A stretch of 11,006 nucleotides of DNA, from contig NW_021827237.1 in NCBI RefSeq assembly GCF_006345805.1, positions 1 through 11,006 on the forward strand, in the 5' to 3' direction. Below the pieces are notes generated by a model. It saw only the letters and a list, made by a program, of their open reading frames with translations, did no database searches and was not told where the DNA came from. Positions 1 through 8,994 of the stretch are shown here, one piece after another; position 1 is the first letter of the stretch; each line of letters opens with the position of its first letter. This DNA comes from Octopus sinensis. Taxonomy: Eukaryota. Position numbers and translations under genes: made by a program.

Positions 1-62
1 ATAATGATAATAATAATAATAATAATATGATAATGATAATAATAATAATAATAATAATAATA

Positions 63-96
<34 letters not shown>

Positions 97-117
97 GATG
101 ATGATGATGATAACAAT
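1..117. repeat. (AAT)n/(GAT)n compound microsatellite, running off the window start
   Basis: Direct AAT units with ATG interruptions, ending in a GAT run. Confidence 0.95.
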
Positions 118-134
118 AAACATTTTCGTTCGTT

Positions 135-330
135 TGTTCATGGGTTCAATTGCCGGAAGGAACAATGTGTTGTGTCTTTAAGCAAGTTACTTTATTTCAC
201 ATCGCTCTTGTCCATTCAGCCGAAAAGGTGTATCAGCGACAGTCGGGGTTTAAGTCACCGATGGAATGGCGTCTCTTCCAAGAGGAATGTTGTACACGCC
301 GTAGCTTAAACGCTATAGAAACCAGGTTAA
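135..330 (+). mobile_element. 5'-truncated, diverged tRNA-derived SINE (CORE/V-like), same family as 2708-2948
   Basis: B-box-like GGGTTCAATTGCC at 142-154. 167-217 aligns by eye at about 70% to the reverse complement of 2821-2870. CACCGATGGAATGGCGTCTCTTCCAAGAGG (256-285) matches CCTGCGATGGACTGTCGTCCAGTCCAGG of the other copy. Shared tail motif ACGCTA(TA/C)GAAACC at 310-323. No A-box seen. Confidence 0.7.
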
Positions 331-929
331 CTACTAGTGATCTCAACATAGTCTGGAAACAGACTGTGTTTGGAAAATGTTATTTGAAAAGGTAAAAAAA
401 AAAAAAAGACACGTTGTGAATGACTACGAGAGGTTAGCGTGGGAATTTGACCCTAAAGAATTCTCAAGAATTATATTTCTAACTTTATAGAGACTTTTGC
501 TAAATAACTTCAAGAATTTGTTTTCAATTCTATTGCAACTTCATTCAATATTTTGCTTCACTAGCCATAACGGTCAGCTGAGATTTTATTTTAAATTTTA
601 ATGTCTCATTCTATGATTTCTCTTAGCAACTATCGTTTCCTTTGAGACTGAATAAAATGCAGTTTTCAGTATTTTCTGCTGCAAACCACAGGCCACCTCA
701 GATAGCATAGCTACAACCACACATATACTAGCAATTTATCTTTGGTCGTTCTCAATAAGACCCCTAATGAATTCACATCATCGATTTCGCCATAGAATTA
801 ATGCTTCTTAAACCGAACAGATATCTGTTGGATGTTGCACGTCATAGAGTGGCATTTGGGAAATGTTTTGAGAAGAAATAAAACTGACCGATTACGTAGG
901 GTTAGTGTGGGTGGAATATTAATCGTCTG

Positions 930-1229
930 AATGTATGTGAGTATATATGTACGCATGTATGTATGTAGAATGTATGTATTATGTACGTATGTACGTATGT
1001 GTGTATGTACGTATCTATGTTTGTGAGTGTGTGCATGTATGTACGTGTGTGCGCACGTTTGTATGTTTGCATGCGTGTGTGTGCATATATGCATGCATGT
1101 GTGTATGTATGCATGTGTGTGTATGTGTGGATGTATGCATGCGTGTATGTATGTATGTATGTATGTACACCTGCATGCATCTATCTATCTGTCCCCGTCT
1201 CCATGCATATATATATATATATATATATT
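930..1229. repeat. Degenerate (ATGT)n/(GT)n purine-pyrimidine tract ending in (AT)n
   Basis: Direct reading; accounts for the MYVC/HTYI-type ORFs. Confidence 0.9.
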
Positions 1230-1275
1230 ATGTGAAATAGAAAGATGAATAATCTTGTTGTAGATTAATCAAAAG

Positions 1276-1278
<3 letters not shown>

Positions 1279-1360
<82 letters not shown>
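1279..1360. repeat. (AT)25(AG)16 compound microsatellite
   Basis: AT run 1279-1328, AG run 1329-1360. Confidence 0.97.
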
Positions 1361-1361
<1 letters not shown>

Positions 1362-1659
1362 AATAATGAAATGGAGGGGATCAATAAGTGGTTCATCAAC
1401 TTTTAGATATTTATTATGTTAATTAATTTATTTATTTATTTACTAAAATGACAATTACAAGAATATACATACATGCATAACATATTATGCTTATACATAT
1501 AAAATATATAAAAAATACCAGGAATTATTAAAATATAACATACAGGAATATAAATTGGGAAAATATCTTACAGCTCTTTCAGCCAAGAGGCAAAAATACC
1601 TCAATCTACCTTTATCCCTCCAGTAGACTGAATTAATTAGTAGATGAAATTGAGGTACT

Positions 1660-1709
1660 TTATATATAAATATAAATATATATATATTATATATATATTA
1701 TATATATAT

Positions 1710-1764
<55 letters not shown>

Positions 1765-1880
1765 ATATATACATATATAAAGACAGAGAGAGAACGAGCG
1801 CCAGAGGGAGGCAGACAGAGACAGACAGATTGATAGAGGAAGAGACAAAGAGACAAAGAGAGTAACAGAGAGGGGAGAGG
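1660..1880. repeat. Imperfect (AT)n followed by an AG/AGAC purine-rich tract
   Basis: Direct reading. Confidence 0.9.
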
Positions 1881-2178
1881 TATATATATAGATAGCTATG
1901 TACACACAAATACATACAAGCGTACATAACTACCTATTTATATACATACATTATTACATATTTGAGTGTGTGACGAAACACAAACAATCCCACGTATATT
2001 ACTTCCATGTGATTGGACGAAAACCTTTTCTATCCTTATGACAAGCACTTGTGATTCAGGTGGGGTTTTTGCCCCACTTCTCTAATTGTTCAATATTCAC
2101 TCTACACTTTTATACACGCCTGTTATTTCTGTAGAACTAAATGTTATATCTAAGAAAATATTGGCTAGTTGGGAAATA

Positions 2179-2673
2179 CCGTGAATCTTCTAGTATAGTC
2201 CGCCCTTGAGTATAATACGTAGGGGATTTTTAGGGGACTGTACTTCTGAAAATCCTAAACTTTGTGTATAATACGCACCCCTTCTCTAACTTTAGTCGTG
2301 CGTAATTAAAGCAGCAGCACCTAGTCGAACAAACACTTCCGCGCATGCGTAATACAATAATGGTGATGTTCTTAACTGTTATATGGGATGTAAATATGTT
2401 TGCAAATTGTTTTTGTTATATGTTATTCTGAGTTCTGCTTACGGTAAGTTATGGATGATTCTTTTATGAGTTCATTGCTTTCAGGTTTAGCTTAAGGTAT
2501 TTTCGCGCCGACATCACAAAATGCGTCTGAATAAACATTGCCGGACAGCAAATAGAGACTCGGACATTGCTTAGAAAATATTTTTCACTTTTAACCTCGT
2601 ATATAGTATGCAGTAGGGATTTTAACCTTTAAATTTAGGAGAAAAAATGCGGATTATACTCGAGGATTTACGG
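2179..2673. mobile_element. Non-autonomous Tc1/mariner-superfamily (pogo-like) MITE, about 495 bp
   Basis: Left end CCGTGAATCTTCTAGTATAGTCCGC (2179-2203) vs reverse complement of the right end CCGTAAATCCTCGAGTATAATCCGC (2649-2673): 21/25 identical. TA on both sides (2177-2178, 2674-2675). No transposase ORF. Confidence 0.85.
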
Positions 2674-2707
2674 TACTAAAGGGAAATAGTAAAAATGCAA
2701 AGCAAAT

Positions 2708-2948
2708 TTCCTTCCCGAATCATATAGACTTATTGGACCGGTTTCTCGGTTTCGTAGCGTATAAATTCCCCACCTGGACTGGACGACAGTCCATCGCAGG
2801 ATTACTCATTTTTGCCAGCCGAGGGGACTGGAGTAACGTGAAATGAAGTGTTTGCTCAAGAACACAACGCATCGCCCGGTTCAGGAATCGAAACCGCAAT
2901 CTTACGATGATGAGTGCAACCCCTCTAATCACTAAGCCACGCATCTCC
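2708..2948 (-). mobile_element. Near full-length tRNA-derived SINE with CORE-like and V-domain-like segments
   Basis: On the minus strand: A-box TGGCTTAGTGAT (2928-2939), B-box GGTTTCGATTCC (2884-2895), CORE-like TGTGTTCTTGAGCAAACACTT (~2846-2866), then CCTGCGATGGACTGTCGTCCAGTCCAGG (2773-2800), which resembles the V-SINE domain as I recall it. Weak possible TSD AAAG(G)CAAAT at 2699-2707 and 2951-2960. Confidence 0.85.
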
Positions 2949-3114
2949 ATAAAGGCAAATAATAAAATCAAAATAACGGAATAATAGAGGAATAAATATA
3001 AATTTCATCTATTAACTGTATTGAGAAGCTGGAAAATTTCGAAAGTAGCCTTTCAAACCAGCAAGAAATTTCATTTTCATTTTTTAGCCCCCAAACAACC
3101 CTGATCAAAGAGAT

Positions 3115-3471
3115 ATCTGATCTAAAGAATTCCCGTTGTGACCATCCCATCCTTTTTTTTTTTTAAATCTATGTCTAAAATCATGTTCTCCAATGCATTC
3201 GCTACGGTATTGTGTGATTTGAAGAACAGTTAGTACTATTTCTAACGGTCGAGCAGCCACGTTGACTTTCCATCATAGCAGTTCAAGTATTTTTGCTGTT
3301 GATGTTTAACTGAAATCAGTTTTAATCGATCTGAGCTATTATTGAACTCATTCCATCGTTGACCATCCCATCCATATTACGTTGCTCAGTGTGTTTATGT
3401 GTTTTAAAACAGTAGGATGTAAGCTGAGGTCGATTTGACTGCCATTTCTAGCTGGTCGAGTATCACGTAGA
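3115..3471 (+). repeat. Two diverged direct copies of an unclassified repeat segment
   Basis: GACCATCCCATCC at 3140-3152 and 3361-3373. ATTTCTA(AC/GCT)GGTCGAG..CACGT at 3238-3262 and 3444-3468. Offsets 221 and 206 bp. Confidence 0.55.
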
Positions 3472-3514
3472 GTTCCTTTCTCGACGCATCTTCAGTTTGT
3501 TTTGGCTACTTTTA

Positions 3515-3636
3515 CCTTTGTTGTCGTTGTTGCTGTTGTTGATGTTACTGATGATTTTTTGATGTTGTTGCTAATTGCTATTACTGTTGTTATTGTTGTT
3601 GTTTCTGCTGCAGATGCTGCTGTTGCTGTTGCTGTT
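3515..3636. repeat. Degenerate (GTT)/(GCT) triplet tract
   Basis: Direct reading; source of the poly-V/L/N ORFs. Confidence 0.85.
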
Positions 3637-3906
3637 GAGCGAACGGTCTTCGTCCCAGAGCTCGCAAGATGGGAGAAGTCCGAAACGTGGTCCTTTTGCT
3701 ATTCGTAAGACCCGCAGAAGAGAAAGCAGGTCAACCCCCGACACCGAGAGCATCGACGGATTGATGAATGCGCATCCAGGCTCAGCGGTTGCGTAGGAAG
3801 TCGGGGACAAGAGACAGGAAGAAAGAGTGAGAGAAAGTTGTAGCGAAAGAGTACAACAGGGGTCGCCACCACCCCCGGCCCGGGCCTCGTGGAGCTTTAG
3901 GTGTTT
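3625..3906 (-). mobile_element. Putative short retroposed insert with a 16-bp target-site duplication
   Basis: TGCAGATGCTGCTGTT at 3609-3624 and 3907-3922 flanks a 282-bp GC-rich island. (GCTGTT)2 at the left end would be a tandem-repeat 3' tail on the minus strand. The strand is inferred from that tail only. Confidence 0.55.
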
Positions 3907-3987
3907 TGCAGATGCTGCTGTTTTTTTATATTATTATTGATATGCTGTTATTCTAGAGGAAACGCCTGATTTTGTAGGTATATATTT

Positions 3988-4355
3988 AACATTCTACATA
4001 TCTGATGCTATACATAAAATCCAAAATAATGTATTTAGCATTCTATAGACCTGACTGTGTACGCATCATCCAAAATAATATGATAATCTTTCTAAACACT
4101 TGATTGTGTATAAAACAATTAAAATGTCATTGAACATTCTACACACCTTATTGTATATGCATCATCTTAAAGTATTTAACATTCTATATCTGATTGCATA
4201 CACATAACCCAAAATAATGTATTTAACATTCTAAACACTTGATCGCGCATACAGCAATTAAAATATCATATTGAACAGTATACACACCTGACTGTGTATA
4301 CATCATCTAAATGCATTAAACATTCTAGAGACTTGATTGTGTTCACATAACCAAG
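3988..4355 (+). repeat. Diverged 45-49 bp minisatellite, 8 units
   Basis: Units begin with AACATTCTA-like motifs at 3988, 4037, 4086, 4133, 4178, 4225, 4274 and 4319. Confidence 0.85.
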
Positions 4356-4695
4356 TTATTGCCGTTGCTCAAACCCAATTTATAAGTCGATCTGAATGAA
4401 CACCAGAAGAACACCAGATCTTTCTTCCAAATGCTACAAAATTCCAGGTTTCATTAGTCCTTAATGAGATGATGCCATCCAATAAACAAACGTCCTTCAC
4501 GGCATCTATATAGGTAACAAGGTGGGGGAGATTTTGTTTTGGACCGTTAGATTAACTTGGAGAGAAACTCTCCACAGTATATAGATGGCTACCGATTGAA
4601 GCAGCATTTCAGTGTAAAAGATGAAAACAACAATTTCTATTAATTAGATTTGATTATAAATTTTGGAAAATCATGATCTGGTAAGATTAAATATT

Positions 4696-4903
4696 GGCTT
4701 CAAATTTTGGCCCAAGGTCAGCAATTTCGGGGGAGCGATAAGTCGATTTCATCGCCCCCAGTGTTCAATTGGCACTTATTTTATCGATCCCAAAATGATG
4801 AATGGCAAAGACGACCTCTGCGGAATTTGAAGTCAGAATGTAAAGACGGACGAAATGCCGCTAAGCATTTTGCCCGGCGTGCTAACGATTCTGCCAGCTC
4901 ACC
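4696..4903 (-). mobile_element. tRNA-derived SINE (Meta-domain-like body), tail type 1
   Basis: Reverse complement of 4739-4903 aligns without gaps to 8995-9159 (138/165 by hand count). A-box TGGCAGAATCG; degraded B-box GACTTCAAATTCC. Flanked by GATTAAATATT at 4685-4695 and 4915-4925 (probable TSD). Confidence 0.9.
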
Positions 4904-5378
4904 TTGTATAAGACGATTAAATATTTAAAAACCAACATTTGAGGGTGGTGTATTAACCCTAAAACGTAAACTAAATGCATTCATGTACTAGGTGATGATG
5001 TTAAACCCAGCAATATGTTAAGATAACCATCTTCACTAAATTTTATAAGTCGTAGCCTCCTAAGGCGGTTTCTCGGTGTTTAGGTTGGTATCAAGAGAGT
5101 TGCTGCTGCAGTTGTTGCTGTAATATTTTCTTATTTATTTAAACATAATCAAAGATGAGAAGGAAGAGAGGCTCCATCGTTTATTTGTTGTAGCGGTGTT
5201 AGCCCGGGTGCTGGTTTAGGCCTACCGCTTATTGATTTTCGTTACGCAAGCAGAAGACAGCTTTGCGCAGGCAAGCATACACACCTACATACGCGTATAT
5301 ACACACGTGCGAATCAGTATATAAATATATATACTCACTCACATATTTGACTACACACAGCGACATCCGCACGCACAA

Positions 5379-5404
5379 ATATATATATACATATATATAT
5401 ATAC

Positions 5405-5467
<63 letters not shown>

Positions 5468-5478
5468 GTATATACATA

Positions 5479-5509
<31 letters not shown>

Positions 5510-5768
5510 ATATTATATATGTATATATATGCATATATGTATATATATATATATATTATGTATATATATACACACACATGTATACATACATGCATGCATA
5601 CTCACATACTAACACACACACACACACATACATTAGATTCATTCATATATACATACATACATACTTGTGTGTATATGCGCATGCGCGGGTGCACGTGTGT
5701 TTGCGCACACACAAAGACACATACACACACACACCCACACCACACACACACACAACACACACACACAC

Positions 5769-5851
<83 letters not shown>
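5379..5851. repeat. Compound (AT)n/(AC)n/(ATGT)n microsatellite block
   Basis: Direct reading; source of the YIYI/HTHT ORFs. Confidence 0.95.
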
Positions 5852-5852
<1 letters not shown>

Positions 5853-6409
5853 AAACAGAAGAAAGATGAAAGAACCATTGCATTATTTATGTTGCTGAAC
5901 AGCGTTAAGATATAATTTAAGCGAATTCGAAAAAATACGAAAACATATAAAGCAAAGTAAAGTATATTTGAATTGTCATAATCTGCGCGAAATAAAAAAT
6001 CGAATAAATAAATAAACAAAAACCAAGCAAATAAACAATGAAACAAACAAATAAACGAATCTATGGATAAATAAAAGAAACACTTAGTCAACAGCAGGAG
6101 GCTAAAGCAACAACAACAAAGCGGTTTGTTTTATTTTCCCTTTTTTATCGTTTAAATTTAAACTCCAAACCTTCACCAACCCTGTCACTTGGGATGGAAT
6201 ATTTTTTGATATATTTTTTTCCTTAATTCTTAGAAATGAATTCCTTGCTGTTTAATCCATTAATTCCTTCCATATATAGCTAATGGATTTCTGATGTACT
6301 CGCTCGTTCTACTATTCCGTTTGTATTAATCGTCCTATTTTTAAAAACCAAAATGTTTCATTATTTTAAAGGCAGCACTTTTTAATATCACCAAAATAAA
6401 CATTTTGGA

Positions 6410-6700
6410 AACGGCAGGTAACAACAACAATAGCTTCAATATCGACAACAACAACACTAACAATAATAACAATATGAACACAACAATAACAAGCAGCAGG
6501 AATAACAACAACACCAACAGAGCTCGTAACAAGAGGAACAACAGTGAAAATCAAAATAGCGGCAAGATTAGCCGTTGCAGCAGCAGTAATACAACAACAG
6601 TAACGACCGCAGCATTAGCAAGAACAACAATTAGCCAACAACAGCAGCAACAAAAACAACAACAACAACAACAACAACAGCAACAGTTCCAACAGTTTCA
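6410..6700. repeat. Degenerate (AAC)/(CAG) triplet region
   Basis: Direct reading; purest CAA run at about 6650-6680. Confidence 0.85.
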
Positions 6701-6735
6701 TTGTAGAATGGTAACAGCCGTGGCAATAACAATAG

Positions 6736-6786
6736 CATCATCACCATCCTTATCATCATCGTCATCACCGTCGTCGTCATCATCAT

Positions 6787-6818
<32 letters not shown>

Positions 6819-7166
6819 ACATCATCATCATCATCATCGTCGTCATCATCGTCATCATCATCATCATCATCATCGTCGTCATCATCGTCATCATCGTCAT
6901 CATCATCGTCATCATCATCATCGTCGTCATCATCGTTATCATCGTCATCATCGTCATCATCATCGTCATCATCGTCATCATCATCATCATCATCGTCGTC
7001 GTCATCATCATCATCATCGTCATCATCATCATCATCGTCATCCTCGTCATCATCATCATCATCATCATCATCGTCATCATCGTCATCATCATCATCATCG
7101 TCATCGTCATCATCATCATCATCGTCGTCGTCATCATCATCATCATCGTCATCATCATCATCATCG

Positions 7167-7216
<50 letters not shown>

Positions 7217-7306
7217 GTCATCATCATCATCGTCATCATCATCGTCATCATCATCATCATCGTCATCATCATCATCATCGTCATCATCATCATCATCGTC
7301 ATCATC

Positions 7307-7381
<75 letters not shown>

Positions 7382-7583
7382 GTCATCATCATCATCGTCA
7401 TCATCATCGTCATCATCATCATCATCGTCATCATCATCATCGTCATCATCATCATCATCGTCATCATCATCATCATCGTCATCATCGTCATCATCATCGT
7501 CATCATCATCATCATCGTCATCGTCATCATCATCATCATCGTCGTCGTCATCATCATCATCATCGTCATCATCATCATCATCG

Positions 7584-7615
<32 letters not shown>

Positions 7616-7755
7616 GTCATCATCATCGTCATCATCGTCATCATCGTCATCATCATCGTCATCATCATCATCATCGTCATCCTCGTCATCATCGTCATCA
7701 TCGTCATCATCATCGTCATCATCATCATCGTCGTCATCATCGCTATCATCGTCAT

Positions 7756-7774
<19 letters not shown>
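6736..7774. repeat. About 346-unit in-phase (ATC/GTC)n triplet array; (GAT/GAC)n on the minus strand
   Basis: No frameshift over about 1.04 kb: both minus-strand ORFs in the track span it. About 68 GTC variant units, counted from the Thr residues of the 6631..7809 translation. Confidence 0.97.
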
Positions 7775-7796
<22 letters not shown>

Positions 7797-7940
7797 GCAG
7801 CAATGGCATCTATGACAACAATAGTCAGAACAGAAACATGGGTAACAGCCGCAGCGGCAGTAGCACCAACAACAACAACAACAAAAATAAGAAGCAACCA
7901 AACAAACAAACAAACAAACAAACAAACAAACAAACAAACA
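7775..7940. repeat. (AGC)9, short (AAC)n and (CAAA)10 microsatellites
   Basis: AGC run 7775-7801; CAAA run 7899-7940. Confidence 0.92.
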
Positions 7941-8059
7941 AGCGTATAAACCCACGAAAAAAAATTAATTTAAATCTTAAATGCTGCGTCAGGGAAATGT
8001 CACACAATTTCACGCACAACGTAAAAATCGAAATGAACGTTTATAAATCAGAATTGTTA

Positions 8060-8255
8060 AGGGTGCATATATATGTATGTGTGCATGTTTGTACGAACGT
8101 ATACATACATACATATAAATATATATATATATACACACACATGTGCATACACACACACACACACATTTACATACATGTATATGTGTATCTGTACATATAT
8201 TCATTTATTCTTCTATATGCCTCAGCCCTAAGGCTGTGTGACCAGCTGGGTTATC

Positions 8256-8298
<43 letters not shown>

Positions 8299-8366
8299 AT
8301 ATATTAAGTGTGCGTGTGTGTATGCATATATTACATATATATGTGTGTGTATGACATGTGTGCGTT

Positions 8367-8421
<55 letters not shown>

Positions 8422-8460
8422 ATAAATACATATATATATATACATATATATATATATAAA
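8060..8460. repeat. Compound (AT)n/(AC)n/(GT)n microsatellite region
   Basis: Direct reading, with a short unique spacer at about 8200-8255. Confidence 0.9.
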
Positions 8461-8705
8461 ATTAGTCGAACAATTGAATTCAGTATAGGATTATATATAT
8501 TTTAATATTTTAAATTTGCAGAGGTTGCAAAGCAGCTTAAGAGCCTACAATTCAATTGGTGCCATGCTCGAAAATCCAGGCCCTTGAGTAATTTCTTTCA
8601 ATCATTTTATCTGTAAATGATATTACATCATAAATACTAGTCTCAAGATCGGATGAAACCGAGCAGTCATCAGATGATAACCTTAGCCTGTTTCTAAAGC
8701 GTATG

Positions 8706-8909
8706 TGACGATATATATGATCTGTCAAATCATACATGTCGTCAGAGCTCATATCCGTTATCACAACTGATACATGACGTCATAATAAATCGATCGTCAT
8801 AACTCATATATGACGTCACAACGTCATACAGAACGTCACAACGTATACATGTCATAACCATTCATATGTCATCGGAATCATAAACGATGTCAAAACTTAA
8901 CACATGTCA
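8706..8909. promoter_or_regulatory. Cluster of CRE (TGACGTCA), half-CRE and TGTCA motifs; function unproven
   Basis: TGACGTCA at 8775-8782 and 8811-8818. CGTCA at 8740, 8795, 8822 and 8834; TGACG at 8706. TGTCA at 8723, 8850, 8867, 8888 and 8905. Confidence 0.35.
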
Positions 8910-8994
8910 CACCCTGTTGAGAGACACGTTCAATTTAGAGCCTGTTAATGGCTTGACATGATCTGAGCATTGTTTAGCTCCCAGCTTGAAGCTA

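Noticed and set aside
150-395. 81-aa ORF
   Set aside because: It starts at TTG and lies mostly within a SINE remnant. The same applies to ORFs 2720..2971, 4707..4928 and 8907..9137.
821-900. Possible 80-nt exon (AACAG|...AGG|GTTAGT; xICWMLHVIEWHLGNVLRRNKTDRLRR)
   Set aside because: Weak polypyrimidine tract and an unrecognised peptide; not distinguishable from chance without RNA data.
3988-4355. CRISPR-like repeat/spacer periodicity
   Set aside because: The 'spacers' are homologous to each other, the repeats are degenerate, there are no cas genes and the context is eukaryotic. It is a minisatellite.
4558-4574. Perfect hairpin TGGAGAG-AAA-CTCTCCA
   Set aside because: A 7-bp stem is expected by chance in 11 kb, and no context supports a function.
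4578-4686. Acceptor-like CTCTCCACAG and donor-like CTG|GTAAGA
   Set aside because: All three frames between them contain stop codons.
6405-6788. Poly-N/Q/S ORF resembling a low-complexity transcription-factor region
   Set aside because: TTG start, made wholly of triplet repeats, with no folded domain or splice support.
6710-7851. GGTAACAGCCG on both sides of the triplet array (6710-6720, 7841-7851) as a possible TSD
   Set aside because: It is only 11 bp, is not at the array boundaries, and sits in similar low-complexity flanks.
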